The notes: generated from the letters alone by a model not told the origin. Shown: positions 38,557-51,380, counted from the whole stretch's first letter. The stretch is 61,314 nt of DNA, filler included, from Hausera hauseri (GCA_046269625.1; 9 parts of 9 records of this genome joined end to end with filler, not necessarily neighbours in it); one strand, 5' to 3'. Translations and numbers: made by a program.

Positions 38557-41103
38557 CTACTGAATACTAAAACCATTGATTAAATCAACAAAACATGTCC
38601 AAAGAAGTACTGTATATAAAAGTGTGATGCTTGTATTCCCTCCTGTAGCGAGTGGCGCAGGTTCGTCGGTTAATAGTTTGTTTGACACTGAGGTTTGATT
38701 ATTTAGAATTGGATGGTCCTTCGGGACCTTCTTACATCGTTTAGCTGCTATTGCTACGATTTCTTCATGTTTTCCAATTTTCTTTTTAATGAAAATATTA
38801 TTTTCTGTGACCCTTTCAACTTTGTGTGGTCCTTTCCACGGACGTGCCAATTTTGGGGACTTGCCCTTTTTTACAGTTGGTTCAAATAGCATTATATAAT
38901 CGCCTTCTTGGATTGTATGAGGTCTAGCTTTTTTATCATGCTGAGTTTTATATTGTTTTTGATAATCTAAGGTTAATGATTGAGCAAGTGCCCAGGCTTT
39001 AGTTAATCGTTCTTTGAGGTAATTAACATAATTGGGCTCGTAAGTCATTAATGATTCATCAGGAATCATTTCTAAATCTCGTGGTAATAATGGGTCTCTT
39101 CCGTACATTAAGAAGAAGGGTGGTTGTTGTGTAGCGGAATGCGGTGCTGTTCTTAAAGCGAACATACAAGCGGGAATATATAAATCCCAATCATCTTGTC
39201 TATCATTCGTAACTGTTGCTAACATTGACAGTAATGTACCATTAAGTTTTTCGACCATGCCATCACAACATGGGTGATAAGCTGCTGTTTTAAGTTTGTA
39301 CATAGAGAACAACCTGCATACTTCAGAGAACATTTTATTGACAAATTCTGTACCTTGGTCTGTTAAAATTTTTCTTGGGGCTCCGTACCGAAATACAATT
39401 TCTTCTACAAACAGTGCTGCTACCGAGAATGCCGATTTATCTGCCATAGGAAAAGCTTCAGGAAATCTTGTCAAATAATCAACGAAAACTAGAATATATT
39501 GATTTCCACTCTGAGTTTTTGGAAGCGGACCAACAATGTCCATAGCTGTAAATTCCATAGGACTTGCTGGAGGTTGGATTGGATGTAAGGGGGGTTTACA
39601 TTTATAGCCTCTATTTCTTCTAGTTGCACAAACTGTACAACTGTCACACCAATTTTGAATATCTTTCTGTAGGGTACGCCAATAGTATTTCCGCTTTATC
39701 CTACCAAGGGTTTTTTTAAAAGCTGGGTGCCCTGCAAGAATTCCGTCGTGTTCCTGTTTCATCACTTCACTTTGTCGACATTTCGGTAATACTACTAATT
39801 GACGATTATTGTACCAATATCGTAATAACTCAGATGATATAGTATACTTTGCACCTTGACTTATTAGATGTTGTATTAACTCTTTATCGGTAGTATTAAT
39901 GTGTCGTGTTCTAACGAATTCTCGAATGATTCTTAATTCTGAATCCTGTTCTTGCTGATTAATCAAGTTTTGAATCTCGTTATCTGTTAAATCCACTGAC
40001 ACAGTTTGGAATGTTTCTAATTTAGATATGTGAATTGATTCACATTCTTTTTCTAATTGAAGTAATTCCTTCTCGGTTGCGGGTCTGCGTGATAAACCAT
40101 CGGCGTTTCTATTTACTTTTCCAGGTCGATAAAATATAGTCAAATCATACATTTGTAGTTTCAATTGCCATCGTTTTAATCGTGAGAATGGATCTTTAGC
40201 TTTTCGAAATTCTAACGGCGCATGGTCTGTAAATACCTTTATTTCGTGACCCCAAATGTAATATCTAAATTTTTCAACAGCAAAGACAATTGCCAACATT
40301 TCTTTCTCAATAACAGCATATTTTTGTTCAGTATCGGACAAGGTTTTGCTAGCATAAGCAATCACATATTCAAGTTTCTCTCCACATGGGATTTGATATA
40401 GTACAGCTCCTAATCCAGTTTTACACGCATCAGCAAATATTATAAATGGTAAAGAGAAGTCAGGAAAACGTAATATTGGAGCACTGGTTAATAATTTTTT
40501 AACGTATCAAAGGCCTCTTGGGTTTCTATTGTCCAAAGGAATGGAGTTCCTTCTTTCGTTAATGCAAATAACGGGGCTGCAATAATGCTGAAGCCTGGTA
40601 TGTGCTTTCTAAAATAGCTACTTGTGCCCAAAAATGCGCGTACTTTTGTAACATTTTTCGGTATTGGCCATGCTGTAATCGCTGATACCTTACTTTGATC
40701 AACTTCAATTCCTTTTGCTGAAACGATGTGACCCAAAAAGTTACTTGTTGCTTTGCGAATACACATTTCTGTAATTTTAATTTAAAACCCCATATTTTCA
40801 GTAAATCTAAAACCTTTTCAATGTCCAATAAATGATCATCTAAGGTTCGTGAGAATATAACTATATCATCTATATAGACCATTGTATGTGTACAATTGAT
40901 GAGCATTGCCTCCAGTGCTTCTTGAAATGTTGATGGAGCATTACATAACCCAAAGGGCATTACATTAAATTCATATTGACCTTTACCAGTAGAAAACGCT
41001 GTTTTATATTTATCTTCTTCAGCAATAGGAACTTGCCAATAACCACTTTGAAGATCCATTGTGGTGAAATATTTTGAGTTCCTAAGTTTATCGAAGATAT
41101 CCT
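38557..41103 (-). mobile_element. Second Ty3/Gypsy family pol (RT 3' part, RNase H, integrase)
   Basis: Motifs DLQSGYWQV, VMPFGLCNAPSTFQ, YIDD, ADACKTGLGAVL, IAYASKTL, TDHAPL, NADGLSR, HHCC (HDGILAGH..CTVC), DIVGPL, TDQG and GPH. Frameshifts occur near 40750 and 40495. Confidence 0.95.
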
Positions 41104-41203
41104 NNNNNNNNNNNNNNNNNNNNNNNNNNNNNNNNNNNNNNNNNNNNTTAATTAATTAANNNNNNNNNNNNNNNNNNNNNNNNNNNNNNNNNNNNNNNNN
41201 NNN
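41104..41203. other. Artificial contig linker
   Basis: N44-TTAATTAATTAA-N44. Confidence 0.99.
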
Positions 41204-41331
41204 CTATGTACATAAACTTAATCGTGGACTACAATATCCAAAACACGTAAGACATAATACAATAACAAATAATTTATAACGCAATATTTCACAAAATTAT
41301 TTACATGAACTTAAAATGTGGTAGCACTACA
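41204..41331 (-). repeat. 3' LTR (partial)
   Basis: 128 bp matching 49247-49374 with 7 mismatches (counted by hand). It starts TGTAGTG directly after the PPT. Confidence 0.9.
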
Positions 41332-41414
41332 ATACCCCCGTGAATGAGTTGAGAAACTGTAAAGAAAATGCTAAAAGAAAATTGTAGTATTACGAGAACA
41401 GACAAATAATTTAC

Positions 41415-44400
41415 CTAAGAAGTTTTTATGCGTACAAGACGTTGTACTCCATCCATATTTTGTTGTATGCTACAGTTACTGAAAGTAACGGATTTGCGAC
41501 GTACCTTCATTGTAGTGTCTGAACGCTGGTTGGGTTTGTCAATAGCAATAGTTTTAGTGTGATTGGATGTTGTTGCTGGGGGAGGTAATACAGAAGGTGG
41601 AGAATATGTGGTTATAGGTAAATTGTCCCAGTTTTCTGCGGTAATTTGGGTAGGAATAGGTAAAGGTAGAGAGATAGGGTGTGGTGCAAAAGTAGTGATA
41701 AAAGTAAGTGTAGAAGGAAATGTAAAGACGGGAGCATAAATGGAATTGGTATAAATCTTCGGGTATATAAGATTTGTATCGACTATTGTGTCAGTGTTTG
41801 TGCTCCGTAGTTGTATGGCTTACGGCCATCGTGAAGAACGATCCATCATGGTCAGAATATATTGGTGGCCATTGTTTATTGGCAGAGGGCCAACAATATC
41901 AAGATTGACTCTTTCAGAATGTGAAATACAACGGAAATGGTATAATGGCGGTTTTAAATGCTTTGTGGTTTTATACTTCTGATAAGCCACGCACTGTTTA
42001 ACCCATGCTTGTACATCGGAGCGCATTGACGGCCAAACTACTTGGTATTGAAGCAAGCGAAAAGTTTTCTTGGCACCAGGATGATGTAATTAATGTATAT
42101 TATCAAATGCTTGTTTGTGTAAAGATGGGGCAAGAATTATTTTAAAATGTCCTGGTTTGGAAGTGTCTAAAGCCACGCCGTCGACGATGTAGTGCGACTT
42201 GAATGATTTCAGAATATCTTATGATGATTGATTTTCTTGGAGCTTTGTCTGAGTAAAGATTGGAGAAAAATTTATTGAACCGACTGATCTAGATAAGAAA
42301 TCGGTAACTATATTGTCAACACCTTCGATGTGTTTGATGTCAAAGTCGAATGTGGGCAAATATGAAATTTGCCGTTCTTGTCGAGTTAAAGGGTGTTTCG
42401 TTGCCATTATATTAATCAATGGTTTGTGAGCTGTCTGGATAACAAAATGACGAGCTGTAAGTAAGTGAGAAAAGTGTATTAAAGCAAGAACTATCGCCAG
42501 CAGTTCCCGACCAAAAGTTGAATATCGAGTTTCTGATGGCGTTAATTTTCGGGAAAAAAATTCTAGAGGTTGATTTTCGCCTTTATATAACTGGTATAAT
42601 ACAGCACCTACGGCTGTTTGATGAATCTGTAGTTAAAATGAACTCGGCGTCAGGCTTAGCAAATGCTAGTATTTCAACAGTCTTTAGTCCTTCTCGTAGT
42701 CTATCGAATTTATTGACTAGTTGTGGTATCCACACGATTTTCTGTTTTTTTTTTCATTTCTCCGCTTAAATGTGCAAGAGTTGCCGTGAGTTCCAAACAA
42801 TATGTAATATATTTGTGGAAAAATGCAGGGTACTAAGAATACTGCGCATTTCTGTTGTTGTCTTAGGTGAATGGCTGTTTGAATAGATAATATGTTTGAG
42901 GAAATTAACGCGTTTCTGAAAGAAATTACATTTTGCAAAATTAATCTTTATATTAAACTGGTTAAGTCGTTTGATGATAGATCGTATGTGTTTCTCGTGT
43001 TGTTTACCAGACGTAGAGGCAACCAAGATATGATCAATATATGGATGCGCAAAAGTAAAGTCTGAAAGGATTGAATCGATGTGTCGCTGAAAAGTCTGTG
43101 CGGCATTCCAGAGACCGACAGGCTTACAGAAGTACTCATAAATGCCAAAAAGTGTGGTAACTGCAGTTTTCTCGATGTCTTCCGGTGCGATAGGAATTTG
43201 GTGGTAAGCTTTAGCTAAATCAGTTTTTGAATAAACTGAAGTAGTATTAAGCCGATGTAATGTCTTTGATTAATGGTAGCAAATATGCATCCATTATGGT
43301 TAAAGTATTAAGCTGGGGGTAATCGCCGTATGGTCTAAAGAATCCATCGTTTTTTGGACAACGTGGAGAGGCGAAGACCATGGGGATTTAGATCCACGCG
43401 CAATACTTTATTTTTCGATTTTGAAAAATTTCGCCTCTACTGCCTGCCTGCGACAAGGTGACAATGGACAAACTTTTTGTCGAATTGGTCTTTGATGTCT
43501 TGTAATTATAAGGTGGTGAATGCCGTTTACAGGGGTGAAGTCCCTATCTTTCTGAAGTATACTAGGACAAGATGTGTGCATAAATTGTTGTAAACTTGCG
43601 AGTAGTTGCTGGAATGTTGTGAGTGACGATGGACCAAGGTTTCTAGCAGTACTTGGTATAATGTAGTTGGTTGTTGATGAGGAATCGAGTGGGGTTTGGA
43701 GTCGGATGGTCGGGTTCGGAACCGTATTTCAGTGGGTGTTGTTGTTTACTGATTTTATTGAAAATTCCAGATTGTGGGTGTCAACATTGATTTGTGATTG
43801 ACTGTCGACATTGTTCTTTGAAAGCTTACGATGTAAAACGTAACAGTTATTGAAGTTATAATGAGATTCTGATTATTTTAAAGTAAATAGCCTACTTACT
43901 GTTAACTGAGTTGTCGTTGGGGTGTTTCTTATTCTTGTGCTATGGTCTATAGGTGTATTCAATTTCAGGCCGCGTCGGTTACAACTGAGTAGCGAATTAT
44001 AGTGCTAAAGGAAATCGGAGCCAAGTATTGCCGTCTGGACGTTAGCGACTGTAAACGTCCAATGGAATGAAGAGAAAAATTTTGGTAGTGTGAAAGATAA
44101 TTTTCAAATTTCGGCAATATGGAGAGCTTGACCGGAGGCGGTGTATATAGGTTTTATTTTAGGTGAAGAATGCTGAACCGGAAAAGAAAGTTGTAGTAGT
44201 GAGGTCGCTGCGCCAGTATCGATAAGAAAGTCTATAGATTGAATGTTAAGATTAGAGATAGCAGCTTTTAGTGTAAAGACTGCAAATGAAGTGTGTAGGC
44301 AGGACGAGTTAAGTTACCTTTGCCAGAATCTGCCGAGAATACTAACAGCAAAATCAGTTTTGTTGGATTGGTGAGTTAGGACTGTTAATGTTAGAGAAAT

Positions 44401-45715
44401 TATGATGTCTATCAGTGGTGTAGTTATTGTTAGTTTTATAGTTACAGCCGGAAATACAATTCCGAATATTAGATCCTTTTTTTGCATTATAGATACAAAC
44501 TGTTATCTAAGTGTAGATTCAGCGAATAATATCTACACCCTAAACAACATTTATTTGCTTTATTATTAAATTTGTTGTGCTAATAATATATAAATAACCG
44601 CGTTGGTGACGGTGTTCGATTTCTGGAAAGAGAACGCGTTCGACGAGGCGAGGAAGCATTCCATCGATGTAAGTAAAAGTCATTTGGCTTATCATTAATG
44701 GTGTTGATTGTATGTTATAGTGCAACATTTTCGGCGCGTAATTGGTTCAATTGGTGCTCGACAGATATACGTCGTTGATTGTCATCGGTCGTAATAGCGG
44801 CTGATATGATGGGTTGTGATTGTACTTGTAAGACTTTGTGTGCTTTATCGACCAATTCAGCTAGCTTATCTAAGGCTGTAGAATCTTCAACTACGATAAG
44901 TAAAGCCCTAATTTAAATTGGTAAGGCGTTAAGGAAATATCGTCGAAGTAAATCCGGGTTGTGTTCCTTGGTCACTCCTATAGTACGTAAGTGAGCCAAT
45001 GAGGTACGTAGAAAATCACTAGGTTTTTGTGTCCCCATTGCATTTTCCTTAAAGAAGCGTTGTACTATCGAATAAATAGATGGTTCTGTCAGTTTTTATA
45101 CAGTATTGAACAATTGCGTATAAGGGTCAGGATGTTGAAAAATGTCCAATAAGTTACGGATTGAGACCTTTATGGAGTTTGATAGAAGATAGAGTAGATT
45201 ATGGGCTTTGGATAACGAGTCGATAATGCCGTTGGATTGTAACCAGAGTTGATGGAAGTGGAGCCAAGTATTGCTAGAATTCTCATTGTTTATAAAGTAT
45301 TCAAAGCAATGTGCAGTGTAATTGTAGGATATTTGTGAAAAGAGTTAGTATCGGTTGAAGTAGATGAATGGTTTGATTTGGGATAGTACAGAATGGATTT
45401 GGGTTTTATGGTAACCTTATATGTTATGTCACTGGTTGGTGAAGAAATCATACCGTCGCGGATTCTAAGGTAGATGTGAATACAGAGAAAGCGTTGTGAG
45501 AACATGATGTGTGGGAGGTCAGTTAGAATGAAACCATTGTCAGTCAGATTGAAATCGCTGAAGGTGGTGATATTATGGATGAGGACATATATTTGTAATG
45601 TGTCGGTACGTTGTATAACGTATACGGTCTGTACTAGGGTATTATTAACAAAAAGGTAAAATGAAAACGGTGGTGATAGACGGCAAATCGGGTATTGGTA
45701 TCTCGACGTGGTCAT
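41415..45715 (-). pseudogene. Degenerate Ubl-gag-pol, with integrase core partly deleted
   Basis: Motifs YLRIRDG|M, CISGC...QQN* (gag end), FLIDTGAA, RT and RNase H remnants, and LDIVGPL..MMDRSSRWP. The sequence then jumps to the tail KSVTFS...QRLVRIKTS*. Confidence 0.9.
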
Positions 45716-45719
45716 TCGA

Positions 45720-48420
45720 AGTTAAGAGGGTTGCTATTGCTTTTGAAGAATCTAACCGATAATTTTGACTTGACATTCCATCTGAAACGGATCCCGAGAT
45801 ATTTCGTTGGAATCCTTTCGTTATTCTGCCTCCATAGATAAACAACTTCAATATTTTGTGAATCCAATAACAAGCACAACGATATCGCCATCGTAAAATC
45901 TGCACGAAGGAGCCTGCTTCAAAAGGAATTTCTTTATATATCAGGAACCAGTCGTATGATTTTAGTTCCTCTGTAAAACGCAATGGAAATGTACAGTTGT
46001 TTGGTTCGAGAGGCAAAGATCTACCACCGAAAAGATTAAAGTAGTTTTCTATTTTACTAAAATTTCCAGAGGGTTAAGATAAAAATCTGGTCGATCTGTG
46101 GACTCCCTATGGTTAGTGAATCTATTGCGCATATAACTGATAAAAGTCGACAATGGCCAGAAGAGAACGAATTTTGTCCATAGTCAGAGACTCTAATCAG
46201 ATACTCGCTGTATTCAGAAAGATAAATCGGGCCGACGTTGCAATAATGTGCCTTAATTCCACCTCGTCTCATTACAGATTCGTCAAATTCCATAGATGAT
46301 TCGGTGTTGGGTTTTGTAGATTTGACAAGACAAGGCACGGGTGATGTGTAATTAACAATGCCACAAGATGGCTGGACCATTTTATTAATTTCTGTGGCCA
46401 TCATCAAGTTCACGAATTCGTACGAGTTTCAAATACTTCAGAACATAAAAACACAGTTTACAAATTTCCAATAAATGATCCTGATCGATGTTGGGTAATA
46501 TGTGTTGAAACTGTGGGCTTGGGAGAAACCACCCTGCAATGATTAACATCGCATTGTAAATGTACTGGCGAGAAATCACATTGACTTCATCGTGAAATTG
46601 TTTAGTAAAGAATTTCAACAAATTTAAATAGTCCAATTGCGCCTGGAAATTGGCATCAGTGCCGAAATGGTGAATTCTGTTCAAGACAAATGTCACAATG
46701 TCCGGCAGAACATTTCTAATTGTTGAACTAACAATGGACTGCTTGTTTGCGTGTTGTCGACAATGCGTCAATTCCGTGAAACACAACTGGACAATTTTCA
46801 GAAACAATACGATCTTCTGAGATTCGTCAACCAGTAAACTGTCATCCGTTCGAAATTCTTTGAATATATTTGTCAGAAAAAGCGCGAACGACTCGTCATC
46901 GATACGCAAATTCATCAGAGAAAATAACAAAGGAACGGTAAATTCTGAATAATTCCATTAAATTATTCATTTGGTGAACCGGTAGCGAACTTTGCCGTAA
47001 ACAAATCCAACAAAACATTATCGGAAAAAATCACTTTGTTATTACCGAGTAAATAATGCAGACTAATCAAATAATCGGAAATCAACGACAACTATACATC
47101 GTGATTGTTCAGAAATCCAATCAACAGAAACGACGTGACACAAAAACGATATTTCACGTCCAACGTTTCTAAATTCCGTTGACAGAATCTCGCGCCGACT
47201 AAATGGATCTTGGAAAAGGCCCCGGTGAAAAACAAGAGTGCCTGGGAATTTCAGGAAATCGTAGAGATCGTATTGAAAAATTCAGAGATCGGTTTCATAG
47301 TTCGATGACGAGAAGAATCGAGTGAAAAAATCGTCGAGAAACCGAACAAGAGATTCATTGGCGATAAATCCGTTGATCGATGTAATGGATTCGTGAGAAA
47401 AGTAGAAAACGGAATTTTGAGAAGTTCGTTAAGAGATTCTTGTATGAGTTCGATTGTAACGTAATTGGTAATTGAAGAAATTGCTGAAATCCCCATTTCA
47501 AAATCACCGTACTGCCATGCATCAGCGCTCTTTTAACTATAATAATCGGCCAATGGAATAAAAGACTTCCAGATGAGTAGTTGCCTTTCAGCCGGTGAAA
47601 TTTAGATAAAACAGGTAGAATAACGTGCGTTTGTTTCCCTTCTAATGACTAAATTAAATCCAAAATATCCGTGATATCATTATCAGACAAAGACAATGGG
47701 ATAAATTCGTTTAAAGCCACCTCAAGACGTTGGTCTCCATTTAACTTACACGTATGAGGAATTCTGTTCAACCAATACATAGCGAGTTTTCGATTCACGG
47801 ACAGCGATGATATAAGATTGTTCATTATTCCTATCCAAAGGTCGTTGGACAGAAGTGCAGCCCGATCAATTACAGCATTAATGGAAGCGGCTGATAACAG
47901 ACGGATAAAATATTCATAACAGTTGACTTTAATTTTTCAACGTAATCTGTGTACCAATATCAGTAAGTCATTTTGTGTAATTTTATTCATTGATTGAATA
48001 AGAAACAGTAAACATTTTTCTTTAATCGCTAAATTATCCGTTGATCCACATATTTCCCTAAAAGATTAGTGTCAGTCATATTTTCCAGCAAATAGGGATA
48101 ATTGATCGAAATAAACACTAGAACATCCAATACTATTAAACTTTCTGATTCACTAACTATCAACACCAGTTTCTGAGTAATGTCTTTTCGCTTGATGGTA
48201 TGATTACTATATTGAATTATTAAAAATTTAATAGAAATATGAGTACATAAATTACACTTCATATTCAATAAAATATGGCACAATTCTGATTCAACATCAG
48301 GAGGAATAGATTCGAAGTCCTTTAAATTTATCTCATTAAAATTCTTTTCTGAATATTTAAAAACTTTGTCAAATATCATCTCAGCCCTGTATTTACTGTC
48401 TGTTTCTTTAATACAAAGAT
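45720..48420 (-). pseudogene. Host-like alpha-helical protein remnant inside the element (weak RPAP1-like resemblance)
   Basis: A chain of same-strand ORFs (48029-48379, 47251-47496, 46385-46930, 46057-46413, 45645-46016) links through single stops or frameshifts. It is Leu/Ile-rich and has no TE motifs. Identity is uncertain. Confidence 0.45.
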
Positions 48421-48647
48421 AACAATAATTCTAAATTATTTATTCGAAAAAAATTGCTGTCTATTTATGGGTATCATGCAATTATAAAACAATAGTTTTG
48501 TAAAGACCATCAACTCAACAAGCAAACCGTGACATAAAAGCAGCCACAGGGCGCCCCAAAGACAAAAACCAGACTCACCAGTGAGGAATTTAATCCAGGA
48601 ATCCAACGAATCCGTTTGTCTATTACAACAGAATCTGTACTGTACGG

Positions 48648-48659
48648 CTTCTGACACCA
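48648..48659 (-). promoter_or_regulatory. Primer-binding site (tRNA-Leu)
   Basis: TGGTGTCAGAAG lies 2 nt after the LTR end ACTACA. Confidence 0.8.
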
Positions 48660-48661
48660 AG

Positions 48662-49374
48662 TGTAGTTTGGTTGTCGTGTATGTATGACGTTTGTTGATT
48701 CTTGCAAATGATTAATAACATCATAAGATATAAAGTTAATAACCAGGTTTTATTGGTGCATTGAAATGTTACTTGTTGAATTTCTTTGCACCAACAACAT
48801 GTTGTTATATTTTGGTAATACCATATATTTGAAACACATTGGAAATAATAATATGCGCTTTCTTTTCTCTGTTGCCATTAAATTTCTAAAATAAAAAGTC
48901 GATTTAAGATTATGAATATTTATTGAGAACGTTCGGTTTAACATTTAACATTTGATCTAAGTTATAGCGTATTTTAAAAAATATATTAACATAACATTAC
49001 GGGATATTGAATCCGGTTTTAGTCTATGAACCCCCTTACAGCTGTTTCATGTCACAATTTCCATTTTAATAATCAAAATTATCAAGCCTGAAATTTACGT
49101 GGATTATAAACAGATAAGCATAATGGTGGGAGAGCATTGCCATAAAATACAACATGTAAATTTCTAAAATAACTCTAACATTAGTTACAACCATAAAAAT
49201 ATGGAACAACTGCACTACACTTTATCTTAAAAAAGCTTTAAAAATGCTATGTACATAAACTTAATCGTGGACTACAATATCCAAAACATGTAAGACATAA
49301 TACAATAATAAATAATTTATAACACAATATTTCACAAAATTCTCTACATGAACTTAAAATGTGGTGGCATTACA
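48662..49374 (-). repeat. 5' LTR (713 bp)
   Basis: TGTAAT...ACTACA termini, internal AATAAA, an adjacent PBS, and a match to 41204-41331. Confidence 0.8.
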
Positions 49375-49879
49375 CTGTGATTGCATCGAAATTTACTTTA
49401 TATTCCTTTCTGGTGACGGTAAAATTTTCTATTCGTACTAAAGCAGATTCTTTTTGTCTATTTATCATCATAATTTCTCCTTTACAAGCTCCACCATATC
49501 CGGAACATATTTTTCCGGCTGTAACTATACGTGAATAAACTCGTTTTCCTATGCCTGCCTGTACTGGCTGTTGAAGGCCTACATGAATTGAATCAGTGGC
49601 TTTATTACAATTTTCAGCAGTTATTGTTACGGGTTTAGGTAGTCCTAGTGGAATGATTACCGAATTCCACGAATTATGGCCACAGTTATAGGCAAATACT
49701 ACTTTATTAACCTGACATTCTTTTACTTGCACTTGTTGATAACTGATTCTTTGATAGAGGTTATAGTTTTAAGGACCTTCCTTCTTTACTGATATTGGAT
49801 TTGCGTTTTGACATTTGCCTATATCCATTGGTGAAAGTCTAGTTGTTATTTCTGATTTGGAGCAATCATAAGCTTCTAA
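49375..49879 (-). pseudogene. Chuvirus-type (class III, gB-like) glycoprotein N-terminus, truncated by the LTR insertion
   Basis: LEAYDCS..LSPMDIGKC..(TAA 49769-49771)..YNLYQR..VKEC..YNCGHNSWNS..C..TAG..GGACKG. This follows the AYDC / SLLDVGEC / CGMHSH / GxCxG pattern of chuviral and retroelement-captured glycoproteins. Confidence 0.75.
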
Positions 49880-51263
49880 CGCTTTTGTTGTTTTCAGACT
49901 GCTCATAGATATCAAGTATAGTAGTAGATAAATGATTTGTACTACCCAATTTGAAACATTAGTATCTTTGGTGTACATTAATGTAGTGGGATTAAATTTC
50001 TTAAGGATTTCATCCCAACCACCTTGTTTAGTTACCCTATCTTTCGTTAATTTACCCATGTGATGGGCTAAGTCCTTTACTATATAGTGTAACTTGGCAT
50101 CGACTTCTGCTTGGTTTTTGAAGCTAACCACTATACATCCTAGTTCCATCAACAATAGATTTTGATCACATTCATTTAATAGTCGTGTCAATGCGTTATT
50201 TAAACCTTCTTTCATTTTATATTTTTGCAACAATTTTGTAATTTGTGATGAGAAATTTTTAACAGTCTCGATTATGGATTGTAATGGAGTTGTTGTAATT
50301 GTTGGTACCTTCTTCAGTTGATTTGGATTAGCTTTTTTAATTAATTGTTCTAGAAGTTCACGAGTTGTCAAGGTTACCTTTGGTACATTTATTTCGTTTT
50401 CATCCGATGTTCCCGTAGCAGGATTTCTTGTTTTTTCACTTTCATTATCACTAATAGTGAATCGTTGGAAGTTACCGTATAATATATCTTTTAATATTTC
50501 CCGTTGTTCTTTACGTTTTTGCGACAAAGATTTTTTTCCTTTGCCTTTCTGGTTTTTTTTCTTCGGGATTTTTTTCATCATCATTTATTGGGTAAAAATC
50601 GCATTTTCGTGGTCTTCCTCCCTTTTTCTCAGTACCAAATTTTATAATAATCTGATGAATATTTTCGGTAAGGAGTCCATAATCTACAACATAATCATTA
50701 TTAACGGCTAATCTGCCATAAACGTCAGTTTTCGCTATTATATTAGTTTCTAGATCTAATTCATCTAATGCTTTCCTTCTGAGATATGTGAATTTAGTGA
50801 ACATTCCTGTTGTTACTTAGATTACTTGTTTTCGCTTATTGGTTTTAATTTCTATACTTATAATATATGGTTGTTTTTGTCTTTGTTTTCGTCTTAAGTA
50901 TCTTCCAAGGGTTTGAAGCAATTTTCTTGCGGCTGAAAAGAAAAATACGTCATCCTTGGTTAGTGGTAGGAGTAATGGTACACATTCTATTCGACTAGTT
51001 AATGCTGGTGACTCATATTGTTGTAAGGCATTCCATACTTTATTAGGTGCTGAATCAGTCATTTGTAATTTAATTTTAATTATTTCGGTTGCTGATTCTA
51101 TGGGTCCGCCATATACTATGGAACCTGGGTGAATATTCATTTCTGGAATAATTTTTGGATTTTCGATTGGTAATAGTGTAGTTTCGGGATATTGGATCAC
51201 ATCCGGTGTAAGTATGAGTTCGTCGTCTTCTAAAATTTCGAACACTTCGTCTTCATCTATCAC
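49880..51263 (-). pseudogene. Degenerate polyprotein segment containing a Bcl-2-like domain and a hydrophobic anchor/signal
   Basis: BH2-like KDRVTKQGGWDEILKKF (GGW at 50015-50023) follows amphipathic helices and precedes WVVQIIYLLLYLISM. The upstream ORFs 50817-51263 and 50511-50804 share a frame and link through a frameshift in A-runs. Confidence 0.6.
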
Positions 51264-51280
51264 TTATGATTCCTTTTTGG

Positions 51281-51380
51281 NNNNNNNNNNNNNNNNNNNN
51301 NNNNNNNNNNNNNNNNNNNNNNNNTTAATTAATTAANNNNNNNNNNNNNNNNNNNNNNNNNNNNNNNNNNNNNNNNNNNN
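51281..51380. other. Artificial contig linker
   Basis: N44-TTAATTAATTAA-N44. Confidence 0.99.

Larger units (their letters stand above)
41204..49374 (-). mobile_element. Near full-length CsRn1-like LTR retrotransposon carrying about 2.9 kb of extra sequence between PBS and gag
   Basis: Order on the minus strand: 5' LTR 49374-48662, PBS, extra region, Ubl-gag from 45715, pol to about 41415, PPT GGGGGTAT, 3' LTR from 41331 (cut by the contig start). Confidence 0.85.

Noticed and set aside
45720-48420. Assigning the gene symbol RPAP1
   Set aside because: The resemblance rests on a few short helical motifs recalled from memory, which is not enough for a name.
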